A DNA stretch of 64,000 nucleotides from Oikopleura dioica. Its lineage: Eukaryota > Animalia > Chordata. Positions 53,687 to 64,000 of this stretch are shown one piece after another. Each line of letters opens with the position of its first letter. Within the stretch, counting starts at the first letter, position 1. Where the stretch lies: the NCBI GenBank assembly GCA_907165135.1, contig OU015566.1:11532001-11596000 (forward strand), given 5' to 3'. The position numbers and the translations under genes were made by a program. The notes under the pieces were generated by a model. That model did not search any database, had not been told where the DNA came from, and saw only the letters and a program-made list of their open reading frames with translations.

Positions 53687-54723
53687 TTAGGCTGATTTCT
53701 GGACTGACAAGATATTGTTGAGGTTAAATCCATCGATCGGGTTTTGGCCATTTTCTCGACCGATTGCGTTATTCATCAGAAGAATGAGATCATATGTATT
53801 CGCAGCTATCTTTTCAGGGTCCAAGAAATTCTCTGGTTCCTTTGTGACGATATCAGCCAGAATTGTTGTCATCAAAGTCGACATCATCAAAGTGCTCAGC
53901 TTGTCGAAAGATCCTGGTTTTGCGGGAAGAAAATGACAAAAGGAATCGCATGGGCTCGTTTTGTCAAGACTGGAGAGAGTCATTTTGATATTTAGCGCTC
54001 TTTCCTTTAGAAAATCAGAGCTACGTTTGTAAAATTCATTCTGCAGTTTTCGGCCTATGTAGAGAATAAATAAAAAGACTTCAAGAGATGAACTTACTTT
54101 TGAAAAGAACACCCAAGCCAGAAAGTGGTTTTCTCACTTGGCAAGAAGTCTGTGCGTTCTTCGACGAAGTTGCAGATTCGTCTGGCTCAACGTTGACCGC
54201 AGGATTGTTGACACTGACAGACAATTCGGTCTTCTTCCTTTTGATTGCTCTTTTCTTGGGTAATTTTATGTTCGCTCTTTTGAGAAGATTATTGAGCTGA
54301 AAATTTGTCATCTTCAACGAATCGATTCGAAAGCATTCGTCTTCATTGAAGATAATGTCAAAACAGATTGTCTTCGATTCTTCTTCGCCAACTCTCTCGG
54401 CAAGTTTCTTGAAACAGCTTGACATTAAATTTTCAATCGTCAGACTCGACGGCTCATCGATTTTCCAGATTTTCACCCACTCATCTTCATCGTCGTCGTC
54501 GCACTCCATCTCTTCCACAGTCATCTGAGTATTCGCACGATTTAATTGTTCTCTCGCAGCTTCCAAAAATACGTCTGAGTGCAACTGCTCTAAGAAAAGA
54601 TAAGCGAAATTTTATTTATCCAACCTTACTTCTAAATAACAGTCCCATCGACGACAATGATTCTTGATCATCCTCAGAGTCTTTTCGACCTAAACTGGAG
54701 CCAGATTTTCGAGCAGTTTTCAT
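53687..54723 (-). CDS. Hypothetical protein
   Basis: ATG 54723 and two long protein-like ORFs (54081-54584, 53687-54112) joinable by short GT-AG introns. No recognisable domain. Confidence 0.6.
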
Positions 54724-55547
54724 TTTATTGTATCAGAATTATCTCTTTCGTAAATGAATAACAATGCAATAAACAAAAAATGCATTTCACCCAGTTATCT
54801 AGAATGATTGCAGAGTAATCGAAACCGTCAAATACGGTTTCAATAAGACTTTTATTCCAGAGTTCGGAATTTATTATACAACACCTTTATTTTTCTAAAA
54901 GATAAAAAAGCGGACACTCGAAGATTAAAGTCACAGCATATTTTAAAGTGATTCAAATAGAGGAGAATTAGTTCTATTATTTTTTGGAACTAGATGCTCT
55001 TGAATTCAATTTTCGGTTTCAAACCTTAAATCTAATCAATACTTATTGTTTACCCTGAAAGCCGACTCCAGAGGCTCATTTCTGAGTACACTAAGTACCT
55101 CGAAGGGAAAAAAGCGGAAGTTTTTTTTGTGTTTCGTTCTTTGTAAATTTAGTTTATATCAAGGCAAAACATGACCAACTGTCAATTAGGAATAATGCTT
55201 TTCCATTGAAAACATGCTAATCAAATCCATTCAATGTCAATTTAAAAAACAACGCCGAATCATTTAGAGTTTACTTTGAAAACTTGATGTTATTGTGACA
55301 CCCTTATTGCCAATTATTTACCAATAATTACCGATTATCAATTATCAATTATTATCAAGTGTATAGCATCTTCATCTTCAATGTTTTCTTTTTTTTCTTA
55401 ATCTGAGTAATAATTATGCTATCAAAAGCAACGCGTGGTACAGCTTTGTAATGGTGCCATTTGACATCGTATTTTGGTTTTAGGGATTTCTGCTTTTGAT
55501 CCTTTTTTCGCGTTGATGATTTTTTAAACTTCCATTTTCTCAGGGGC

Positions 55548-56517
55548 GGGCGAAAACGATGGTCACTTAATCGAGCACTTAATCCAACGTTTTAAGGATT
55601 TCCAAAAAAGGGCTGGACAGCGGAAATCCACCTGGACGAAAGAACCGGAATTTTAGTTTCCCCGGATAAAGAAATTAAGAATGAAGAAAATCTTTCAAAG
55701 GCGGCAGCTTTTAGAAAACAAGATCGCTTGATGGCGCGTTTTTCGATGCTCGACCAATCAACACTTGTATTTTCCTTTCTCATGATTGGTCAAAAACAAA
55801 ACAAAGACGCCACCAAGCGATCTTTTCTTTCGAAAACCCATCTTTCGGAATTTTTTTATTTTATACTTGAAAGATAGTGAGTTTCTCCTGTAATCAGTTT
55901 TCAAGGGTGTCAACCTGTTTTCTAAAAAAATCTTTAGAGGAGTCTTACCTTCCACGGCGCATGAGATAAATTTCTTAAGCCGTAAAATCTCCACGTTTCG
56001 CGCAAAGTGAACAATTTCACCTCTAAAGCACCGTGAAAATTCCCTCCTGGGCGGGAGCGCTCTTTTTATACAGGATCGAAAGCTTGGGAGGACTTTTTTC
56101 GAAATTAAATTTCAGTTAGATCGCCCCTGTCCAAAGATGAGCCCTTCAGATTGTTACGAGAGCGGGTTCTTTCTTGAGGCTCTATTTCGTCAACGATTTA
56201 TCGTGTGATGCGAATACAAGATAAATCTAATCGGTGAGGTTGAGTTTCGGGCTTTTAGAGCGCGAATTATGCCATTTTGACATCCCGAATTCGCTCCTGC
56301 GTCTTAAATTTTGACGCTAATGCAAATCTTCTAGGAAAAATCGACCACAAGAAGTCTTCATCTTTTCTTTAAAAAAAGGTTCTGTTTTGAAATGAAACTT
56401 GCATTTAGAAATAACATTCTCTGGGCAAGCTGCAACTGCATAATGCTTATATTTTGCTCTCTAAAAAGCATCTTACGGAACTTGAGATGATCCGAGCGCG
56501 AGTCGAGCAGCTGCGGA
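55548..56517 (+). CDS. Possible multi-exon gene, product unknown
   Basis: Protein-like exons GFPKKGWTAEIHLDERTGILVSPDKE...DQSTL|GT and terminal HLTELEMIRARVEQLRTSA*. Linkage not resolved. Confidence 0.3.
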
Positions 56518-57657
56518 CAAGTGCCTGAAATCCCCGCCGCCGAGCTAACGACTATTTTGCACCGCCCGTTAACACCGCTGAAATTAGCCCCTTAGCCCTG
56601 AGAAAGCACAAATTCTAGGCCGAGTCCTTAGATTTAGGGCCCCAGAATAGAATAAACAACCATCTGTTCAAAGTAAATATTACTGAAAAAATGCTCTTTA
56701 GGCCGTTTTCTTCTCTAAATATTTTTTGACAACTTTCTTGTCGTATATCTAAAGCTTAATGAATGATTGATAAGAAAGGTCAACTCCGAAACCTCGATAA
56801 GAATATATTTTTGTTTGCGTACTCGTAGAGCTCTGGATAAGCAGCTTATTCTGAAGATAATGGTACGTGTTATCTTGGGTCTAGAGTCTAGACCAAAATC
56901 CTCAAGTTTCTTTTTCTTGGCCTGAAAGAAATGCTAAAAGAGGCAAGGAAAATTTAGAATAATCAAAGCTTTAATTATTCCTGCGAAAAATGAGCGGATT
57001 AAAGATTGTGATAAGAAGCGTGGCTTTGACGCTTTAATCACTCAATTAGACTAACGCGCACTCGCTCGATGTTTTTTCTACAGCTGCTCGAGAGCTTCGT
57101 GAGCTCTTCATAAGGAGCGATTCTAAATCCACCTAGCTTTAAATCGCTTATCCATTCCCACTATTGAACTTGCTCTAAAAAGCCAAATTTAGCAGAAAAA
57201 GTTCGAACCGTTCTAAATTCGATCGATCTGGTTTCTAGTGAATGCCACATCAATAAAGCGCAGTTCCTTCAAATCAGCGTGCTTTAGTTTCCGGAACTTT
57301 GTTTTTATACATGACAATCCGGCATGTATCTATCAACTCTCAAACTACTGATTTCTGTGATGGTAACATTCTTTTTCTTCAGAAGTCAGTTTTGAAAATT
57401 GCTTCTAAAATTGAAATGAGTCTCAAGTTTTTTTTTTCAGTTTTTTGATTCTTCAGAAATTCTGAAGACAGGTGACAATCCTTCAAATTTATAAGACAGT
57501 AACTTGTCAAGTCGACTCTGTTTCTTCTGGAAGTGATGCAAAGGTCGCCCCATATTGTGTTGAACAAACGCAACGGTCCTCCAAATAAATAAACCCAAAC
57601 AAACTCGCACTATTTAAACTCCTCCCATTTCCCTAAAAAGACCAAAAAAGAGAGAAA

Positions 57658-59033
57658 ATGTTTTGGTTTCTTGGCTTTCTCTCAAGTGAGTAGCGTCTAA
57701 TTTGTTTTTTCCGAAAAGAGGGCCTACCCCCTTAATAAATCGAATTCTGATCCTTTGGGGTGTTTTCGTGTTCGTGTTGTTGAGGGTTGAGTACCACTCT
57801 TTCGCGTCCACTTTCGCCTGAGCTGGAGATTATCCACGAGGCTTAGTTCTCCTGGAACAGGGCTGGTAGAGACTCTCCTGATCATTTACACTTACAGGTG
57901 CGCTTGGGTCGAGATTTTACGGCTACGAGGCGCTGACCATCGATCATGAAAAGATTTCAATGAGCAACTATCGAGGCAATGTCACTATCGTTGTGAATGT
58001 AGCGACCAACTGAGGATTGGCCAATGATCACTATCCGCAGCTCCAGGTAACAAAAAGTCTTTTAGTACTTTTTCTCTGTCCTCCAGCATCTTGTTCTTGA
58101 GTTGTCTGAGAAGGATAATTCTACGTAGCAATTGATTCGATTAATTATGAATAACTAGAACTTCTACGAAGAAATGGGTGATCAAGGACTCTCAATTATC
58201 GCATTCCCGTGTAATCAATTTCTGTGGCAGGTAAATATACACCCACTATTCGGCTATTTTGGAGCGTTTTATTTTTAGGAGCCTGGCACAGATGAGGAAA
58301 TCAAAGAACGTATTCACGATAAATATGGCATCACATTTCAGATGATGCACAAAATCAAGGTCAATGGAAGGGACGCCATTGATATTTACAAATGGCTCAA
58401 AAGTACTCCCGTCGGAGGCGACAGGTATCAAATAAAATACATCAGAATTTGATCAAAATACTCAGATAAATGAAATTTCGGCAGGATTATTTTTGGACAA
58501 GTCGCGTTTTTTTTATCAACACGAAATTTTTCGACAGAAAGGCAATTTTCACCCTGATTTTTTAACATTTTTGATAGAGGAAATTTTGGTGAGTCAGCTC
58601 AGTTTTCCTGTGAGCACTAAAAGTCAACGATCGACATACTGATAAGGGTGTGACGCGTAAAAATGTCAAAAGCGTCGGATGTAATAAGATCGTTTAGAAA
58701 GAGCAGTAATTAGCATTTACTTTTCGGGCTCAACAGATTCTCTTATCGGAAAAACTTATACAGGGAAAATAAGAACAAGGCCATTTTAGAGTATTCTTTC
58801 TCTAATTTTCAGCATTCATGTATGAGTAAGAAACTGAGGATTTACAAGCTCGAGAGTTTCAAAAACACAAAAGTCTTATCATTCTGTTTAGAAAAATCAA
58901 GTGGAACTTTACAAACTTTCTCCTCGACCGGTGTGGAAACGTCCGTTACCGGCATGAACCTTCTGAACGACCGAACGAGTGGAAACAAGATGTAATAGAA
59001 CTCCTCAGCGAATCTGCTCAAGACTGTCAGTAG
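57658..59033 (+). CDS. GPX: Selenocysteine-containing glutathione peroxidase (GPx4/PHGPx-like) with signal peptide
   Basis: Spliced MFWFLGFLSSALGSRFYGYEALTIDHEKISMSNYRGNVTIVVNVATN-TGA(58011-58013)-GLANDHYPQLQ|ELYEE..IIAFPCNQFLWQ|EPG..|KIKWNFTNFLLDR. The TGA sits at the catalytic Sec position, and catalytic Gln, Trp and Asn are present. Confidence 0.93.
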
Positions 59034-59088
59034 AAAGGTTGAAGCCTTTCTTGGTCCTCGACGTGGATAATTCAAATCGAATTCGAAT

Positions 59089-62000
59089 TCAAATTTTTAA
59101 TCCCTGCTGCCGGCAAAAATCCACAAGTCCAACTGGAAAAACAAAACCACAATGAAGACCAAAGCACATGTTCAACCCCAGAACGCTGCGGAAACTGGGG
59201 CTGAACTTCTCGCGGTTTTTTCGGTAATTGGTCAAATTCAACAACTCGGAAGCGAACTGAATGATCTGGCAGGGACAAACTGTCAAGTACAGCGCCCGCT
59301 TAGTGAGAAGATTTCGACTTTTGAAGTTTTTGATTTTGACCAACCATTTGGACTTTTCTGATTCAATAAAAATTACGATTCAAAAGTTCAAAAGTTGTTT
59401 CTTAGAGCTGAACTTTTTTCCTGTAAAACGGTCAAAAGGGTCATGCAATAAACGGTCTTGAAATAATCCGTCCATGATCCTTAGGTTCCTGCGGTTAATC
59501 CAATGACGAAATTTTTCTGAAAAAGCGAAATTAAAAGGAAAATAATCTTCGATCTTGAAGTCGTATTTTTTCTAGGACTTAGTTGAGCCGCAAAAAATCG
59601 AGTGACTCCAAGTGCCTGTGGTAGATTTCAACCTTGTATTTTTTAAAAAGAAGTTCACAAGAATGAAGAAAGAAGAACTCCAGTTTCTTTTGAATTGTTG
59701 AAATTATTGCTAAAAACATGTAAAATTAAGCCTCCGTTTATTATTTTAACGGTCACGTTTTTTTCAAAAGAACTCTCTTAGTTCCCCTCTTTTGCGATCT
59801 TCTGATCCAAAACCGGGTTCAGCATGTCTTCAAGTGGACTAAGGAAGGAACTAGAGTAATGACTAAGGTGCTCTAAAAGCGTAAGACCCACTTTTATTCT
59901 CGCTGATAAAATTGCGAGCGTGAGAAGGGATATTTCCTCCGATCTTCTTTCGCGTTTGAGAGCGCAGTTGTCAACTTTTTGAACGTCGAAATGACGAATC
60001 AAGGATACGGTCAAATGTTCCACATCTTTAATCTCAAGTCGGAGAATGCTAATTTCAAGAGGGACACAGTCTGATATACACGCCGAGGAAACCACAAAAC
60101 GCTTGCTTCTCAAAATTAATTACCAAAAAAGGTGAGTCAGCTTTGGCAGAAATTTCAACGTGGATACATTTTATTATCGATCTTGTTGCTAAGAGAACAT
60201 GGTACTTATTAATCATCATAATTAATTTGAGTGGAAACGGTTACTAGCGGATACGATCAGCTCCATTTATACTTGTTGCGGAAAGAGCATAGCTTGAAGC
60301 TCACGTGGGGAATGATGATGGAAAAGATGTGTAATAACTTGTTAGTACCAGAAGTTTAGTATTTTGATGATAAATTGATACGTGAGTTTTTGCTACCCTG
60401 AATTACTACCCAAAACCACGGTACACAAACATTTTAGACGCTTCTTTTTGCATATCGTAAATTCTTGAATTCTCTCGCGTTTTTTCAGAATATCTACTGC
60501 ATTTTAGAGAATATTACAAGCCCAACAGGAGAAGCCGCAGTCAGCCTTTACAAGTAGCATGTTCAGGAGCGATTTTAATGTTGCTAGCAATAAACATTCA
60601 ATTCGCCCGCCTCGGACTTGTTCTGAAAACAGTTTTAAACATTCAGACGGGGTTTATTGAAAAAGATTTTGTTTGCCACGTTTCAGCGCTATTTTTAAAT
60701 GACCTCTATTTGTTATGAAAATCGCAGCTTCAGTTTTTTTCGGTCCGGCTCAGCCACAGATCATTCGCGCCTTCAGCTGGAGTTATTTTCTAGCCAAGCT
60801 CAAAAAAGTCAAGCAAAGATGAATGAAAAAGCCACAAACCTGGAATATCCATAATCCAAGATCGCGGACACTCTATTCCGTAGCCGCGCGCACGGGTCAT
60901 AAATCCCGCACTCACGGATAATAAACTCGCGCTTAGAAAGATTCTAGCACTTGATAAGCCGACCCGTTAGCGGGCTATATTGTTGGAACTCGAACGATTT
61001 CTGACCGCAGCAACGTCAGTCGGGGAAAATTAACATTATTCAGCCCGTGTGTAATTATAATAACATTGCAGATTAGGCAGGTCGGCAATTTAGCACCTTA
61101 CAATCACCTTATAATTCACATCAAAAAGGTTTTTAAAATATTTGAGCGAGAAATGTTTTGCAACATAATTCTTGCTAAAAAGTAATTCAGAATAGGTATT
61201 TACCTAGCTCTTTTCTAACTAACATTTTTCATCAAACATCTCGCTATTTTCAAGCATAACATCTATGAGCGGCTCACAAAACCGCTGAGCCTACTTGATT
61301 CTTAGTTTAGTTTCTTCTCATGAGTCATGACTCAACCCTTTGGATACTGTAAGTGGAGATGACGTGGTTGAGTTTGATTTTCTACGGTTATACGGAGAAA
61401 CAAAGGTTAATTTAATTGATGATTCATTTTTGAAATTCTATTCTTGATTCTATCATGTCAGATTATGCATTTTGACCTTTTAGAATCGGGATTGGAAAGC
61501 TTTGTTGGGAGAAATTGAGTCACTTCGGAACTTTTTACTACAGTAACTACAACAGCTAAATAGCATATACTTTATGGCTTGCATAGATTTAACAACGGTA
61601 ACTTCTTCGAACGGATGCGTTTGTATAATTGAGAAATTCGTGAAAATCGAGAATAGAAAATTTTTGTTCTCTTCCATGATATCAACAGTTACGGTTTCCC
61701 TTTCCAAAAACTATTCTAAAATGAAAAAATGCCAAGGTTATTTCCTCGTCTTGTCTGAAAAATGTTCCTTCCAATCAGTCCAATTTCCAAAATAGCGCTC
61801 GCTTTAGCTCCCCTCCTCGAAATTAATTCTAGCGGTGGTCACTAGTCACTTTGAGTTTTTGGCGAAAAAGAAAGTGTTCTCCACTTCTAGGTTGGGATTC
61901 TTACGTCACGTGCTCGGAGTACGCACGACCGCGAAGATATCCATTTGTCTTGGCTCGTGACACCTCCGCCACGTTCTTGAGGCTCGCTAGCGCCAGCGCG

Positions 62001-62380
62001 CATAACTTGAGCGCGCGTAGTAGTCTTCGATGCTCCCGGGCGCCCTCGAAATATCTGCAAACTTGTGGGAAGTAGTGGCAGCGCGATCGACCGAAATCGA
62101 GATTTCAGGAAACAACAATTGAACCTAACTAGAAACCGAAAAAACCGTTAACAAGAGAAAACAAATATAAATAGAGATTTACCGAAGATGTTTGACGAAG
62201 ACACGCTGAATACAGGAACGTGATAGAATTTGAATAAATGGTAATTTATTATTCTAAAAGTATTTGCTTTCATTATCAAAATGAATAATCAGAAAATGCT
62301 TGTGTTGCATCACGAGTTTTAAATAATCATTTCTTCGGTGATAATTAATTTTAGCGTAACTATAGACAAGGGCGTGTTCT
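59089..62380 (-). CDS. Possible multi-exon gene(s), product unknown
   Basis: Several protein-like minus-strand exons with splice-like flanks (62060-61905 ending GTAAG; 61480-61707; 59778-60113; 59089-59343). Whether they form one gene is unknown. Confidence 0.3.
59246..59317 (+). promoter_or_regulatory. Candidate type II SECIS element in GPx 3' UTR
   Basis: ATGAT (59261) / TGAG (59304) non-Watson-Crick quartet and helix CTGGCAGGG/CCCGCTTAG. Unpaired AAA at 59277-59279, ministem CTGT/ACAG, lower helix TCGGAA/TTTCGA. Lies between the stop (59033) and AATAAA (59365). Confidence 0.7.
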
Positions 62381-62701
62381 GATTCCGCGTCCTGAAATGT
62401 TACTATATCAATCATCCCTTTCATCGTCACGTGCAATTTAATTATCGATCATTTGTTGAGTAAAGAGCCATTTATTTCGATACGTTCTTTCGATTTTTTT
62501 AGTATCTTCTTCGATTACCTGAAATATCGGAAATCAACATGTAGATTTCGGAGAGATTTCTTATGGTTTCTTTTTAAGAACCCTATTGGGTTAATATCAT
62601 ATTCAGAATATTAGCTATATTGAATGAAAAAGTATGAAATTATTAAAAATAGATAGAAAATACTCTTAAAAAGAGGACTTTTGTCAGATCACGTGACAGG
62701 C

Positions 62702-63450
62702 CTTGGGCTGTTCCCCTCGCCCGACAATTTACAAAAAGTGAACATCGTCATGGTCGGTGACCAAGGAGCTGGCAAGACCAACATGCTCGTTTCCTACTGT
62801 AATAACGAGTATCCGGCCGAATACAAGCCGACCGTGCACGACTACTACACAGGTACTTGATCATCACATAACGCCGTGACATCAACAGGACATGCAGACA
62901 CAGATTTGCAGTAAAATAAAAACCGTTTTCTAAAAGGATAAAATTGATAAAAAAGAGAAGGAGATCGCTGTATATTTTATTATATTCTGTAAGAAACGAC
63001 AATGAAACATTGTACAATCAGAATTACACAAAAAACAAGCAGGCTGCAGAAAAAGCTGGTGATACTTATGTCAGCCTGACAGACAGCAGAGCTTGTAAGA
63101 CCCCCTGTAAGTTCTTTGTTGGTTAGGGTCGCGAAAAGTTGTCGTAAAACCGATATGAAATCTTTCATTCATGCTTTTTTCTGCCAATTTATCGCCAAAA
63201 ATCGCCTGAAATGAAACTCAATGTGTTAGTTAAGCTATTGAATCAAAACCTTCCGCCACCAACAAATAGACCTTTATCTTTCCCCAGCTCAAATATCTGA
63301 GCCTCTAAACGCCCATTCTTGACAAGCAAAATTGACAGTCATAAAACTGTCATTTCAACTTCTAGGAATTGGGCCAAGGGTTGCTGCTTTTGGACATGAA
63401 TTATAAATTTGAGAGGAACAGGCCGCTTTCTTACGAGCTCGTAAAAAAGA
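62702..63450 (+). CDS. Divergent Rho-family small GTPase (partial model)
   Basis: KVNIVMVGDQGAGKTNMLVSYCNNEYPAEYKPTVHDYYT|GT (P-loop and switch I, 62738-62851). A later segment LLLLDMNYKFERNRPLSYE (~63384-63440) aligns with LWDTAGQEDYDRLRPLSYP. G4/G5 and CAAX not found. Confidence 0.7.
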
Positions 63451-64000
63451 CATTAAACATGCACTATTGACTAGCTTTAGAAAAAATCCACGAATTCTCT
63501 CCCCTTTCTGATAATCCTCGTTCTAGGCCTCTAAAGTTTTTACATTATCTACTGGCCGCAAAATCAGATCGCAAACACGCTCTATATTCTCTTCTGAAAT
63601 GCTCGAAACGAATGTTGAACGTGGTGGAAAATACCACTTTGAGGACGCGTCACAACATTTTTTAACATATAATAGGTTCAAAGATTTTCCCAGGGCCGTA
63701 TTTTCCGGGTTTCATTAGAAACTCTAAAATCGAAATTGAGACAAAAATTCATCGATTAAAAAATATCGAAATATTATCTTCAAATACTCATTGCGCGAAT
63801 AAGAGGGAAAAGAAGGATTGATCATAAATCAACGCAATATTTTATGAGATAAAATCAACGGTAGCTGTTTAATTCCTTCTAAAATCTTTGTCCACCTGTT
63901 CCTTTTTGGAATAATCTTTTTGAGTTCTTCCTTTTTTCTGCGTCGAAAAGTTTACTTTATAACTAAACCAGTCTATAAATATCACTACACCGTTTTCTCA

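Noticed and set aside
51612-54723. Trans-spliced operon of co-oriented minus-strand genes ending in GST
   Set aside because: The middle gene model is unsupported, and spliced-leader acceptor use cannot be seen in DNA alone.
58011-58013. Premature stop making the GPx a pseudogene
   Set aside because: The TGA falls exactly on the catalytic residue, all downstream exons are intact, and a SECIS-like element is present.
59134-59215. Alternative SECIS starting at ATGA ~59152
   Set aside because: The helix above the putative quartet pairs poorly. The 59246-59317 candidate fits much better.

Overview
Eukaryotic, gene-dense animal DNA with many tiny (~40-50 nt) introns and several longer introns that splice only at GA...AAG boundaries. 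This pattern best fits the appendicularian tunicate Oikopleura (O. dioica-like); the species is inferred, not proven. No CRISPR array, rRNA or transposase was found. Recognisable genes in order: a receptor tyrosine kinase with a short ectodomain and an antisense PDZ-only gene nested in one intron; a small membrane protein with two duplicated alternative last exons; DYRK4; a CHST-family sulfotransferase; a secreted C-type lectin/VWD-C8-TIL mosaic protein; a CBM2-like + GH9 cellulase with a nested antisense RING gene; and a four-domain Nav-type channel. The channel has an unusual D-E-M-E selectivity filter, a 2.3-kb foldback-like element in one intron and another nested gene in a second intron. 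Further on are two tandem PLAC8/cornifelin-like paralogs with a Nav exon fragment at the duplication junction, EFHC2, tRNA-Met, a GST, a selenocysteine glutathione peroxidase with a candidate SECIS (missed by the ORF track), and a divergent Rho-family GTPase. Several other spliced ORFs could not be assigned a function. All exon boundaries were assembled by eye.
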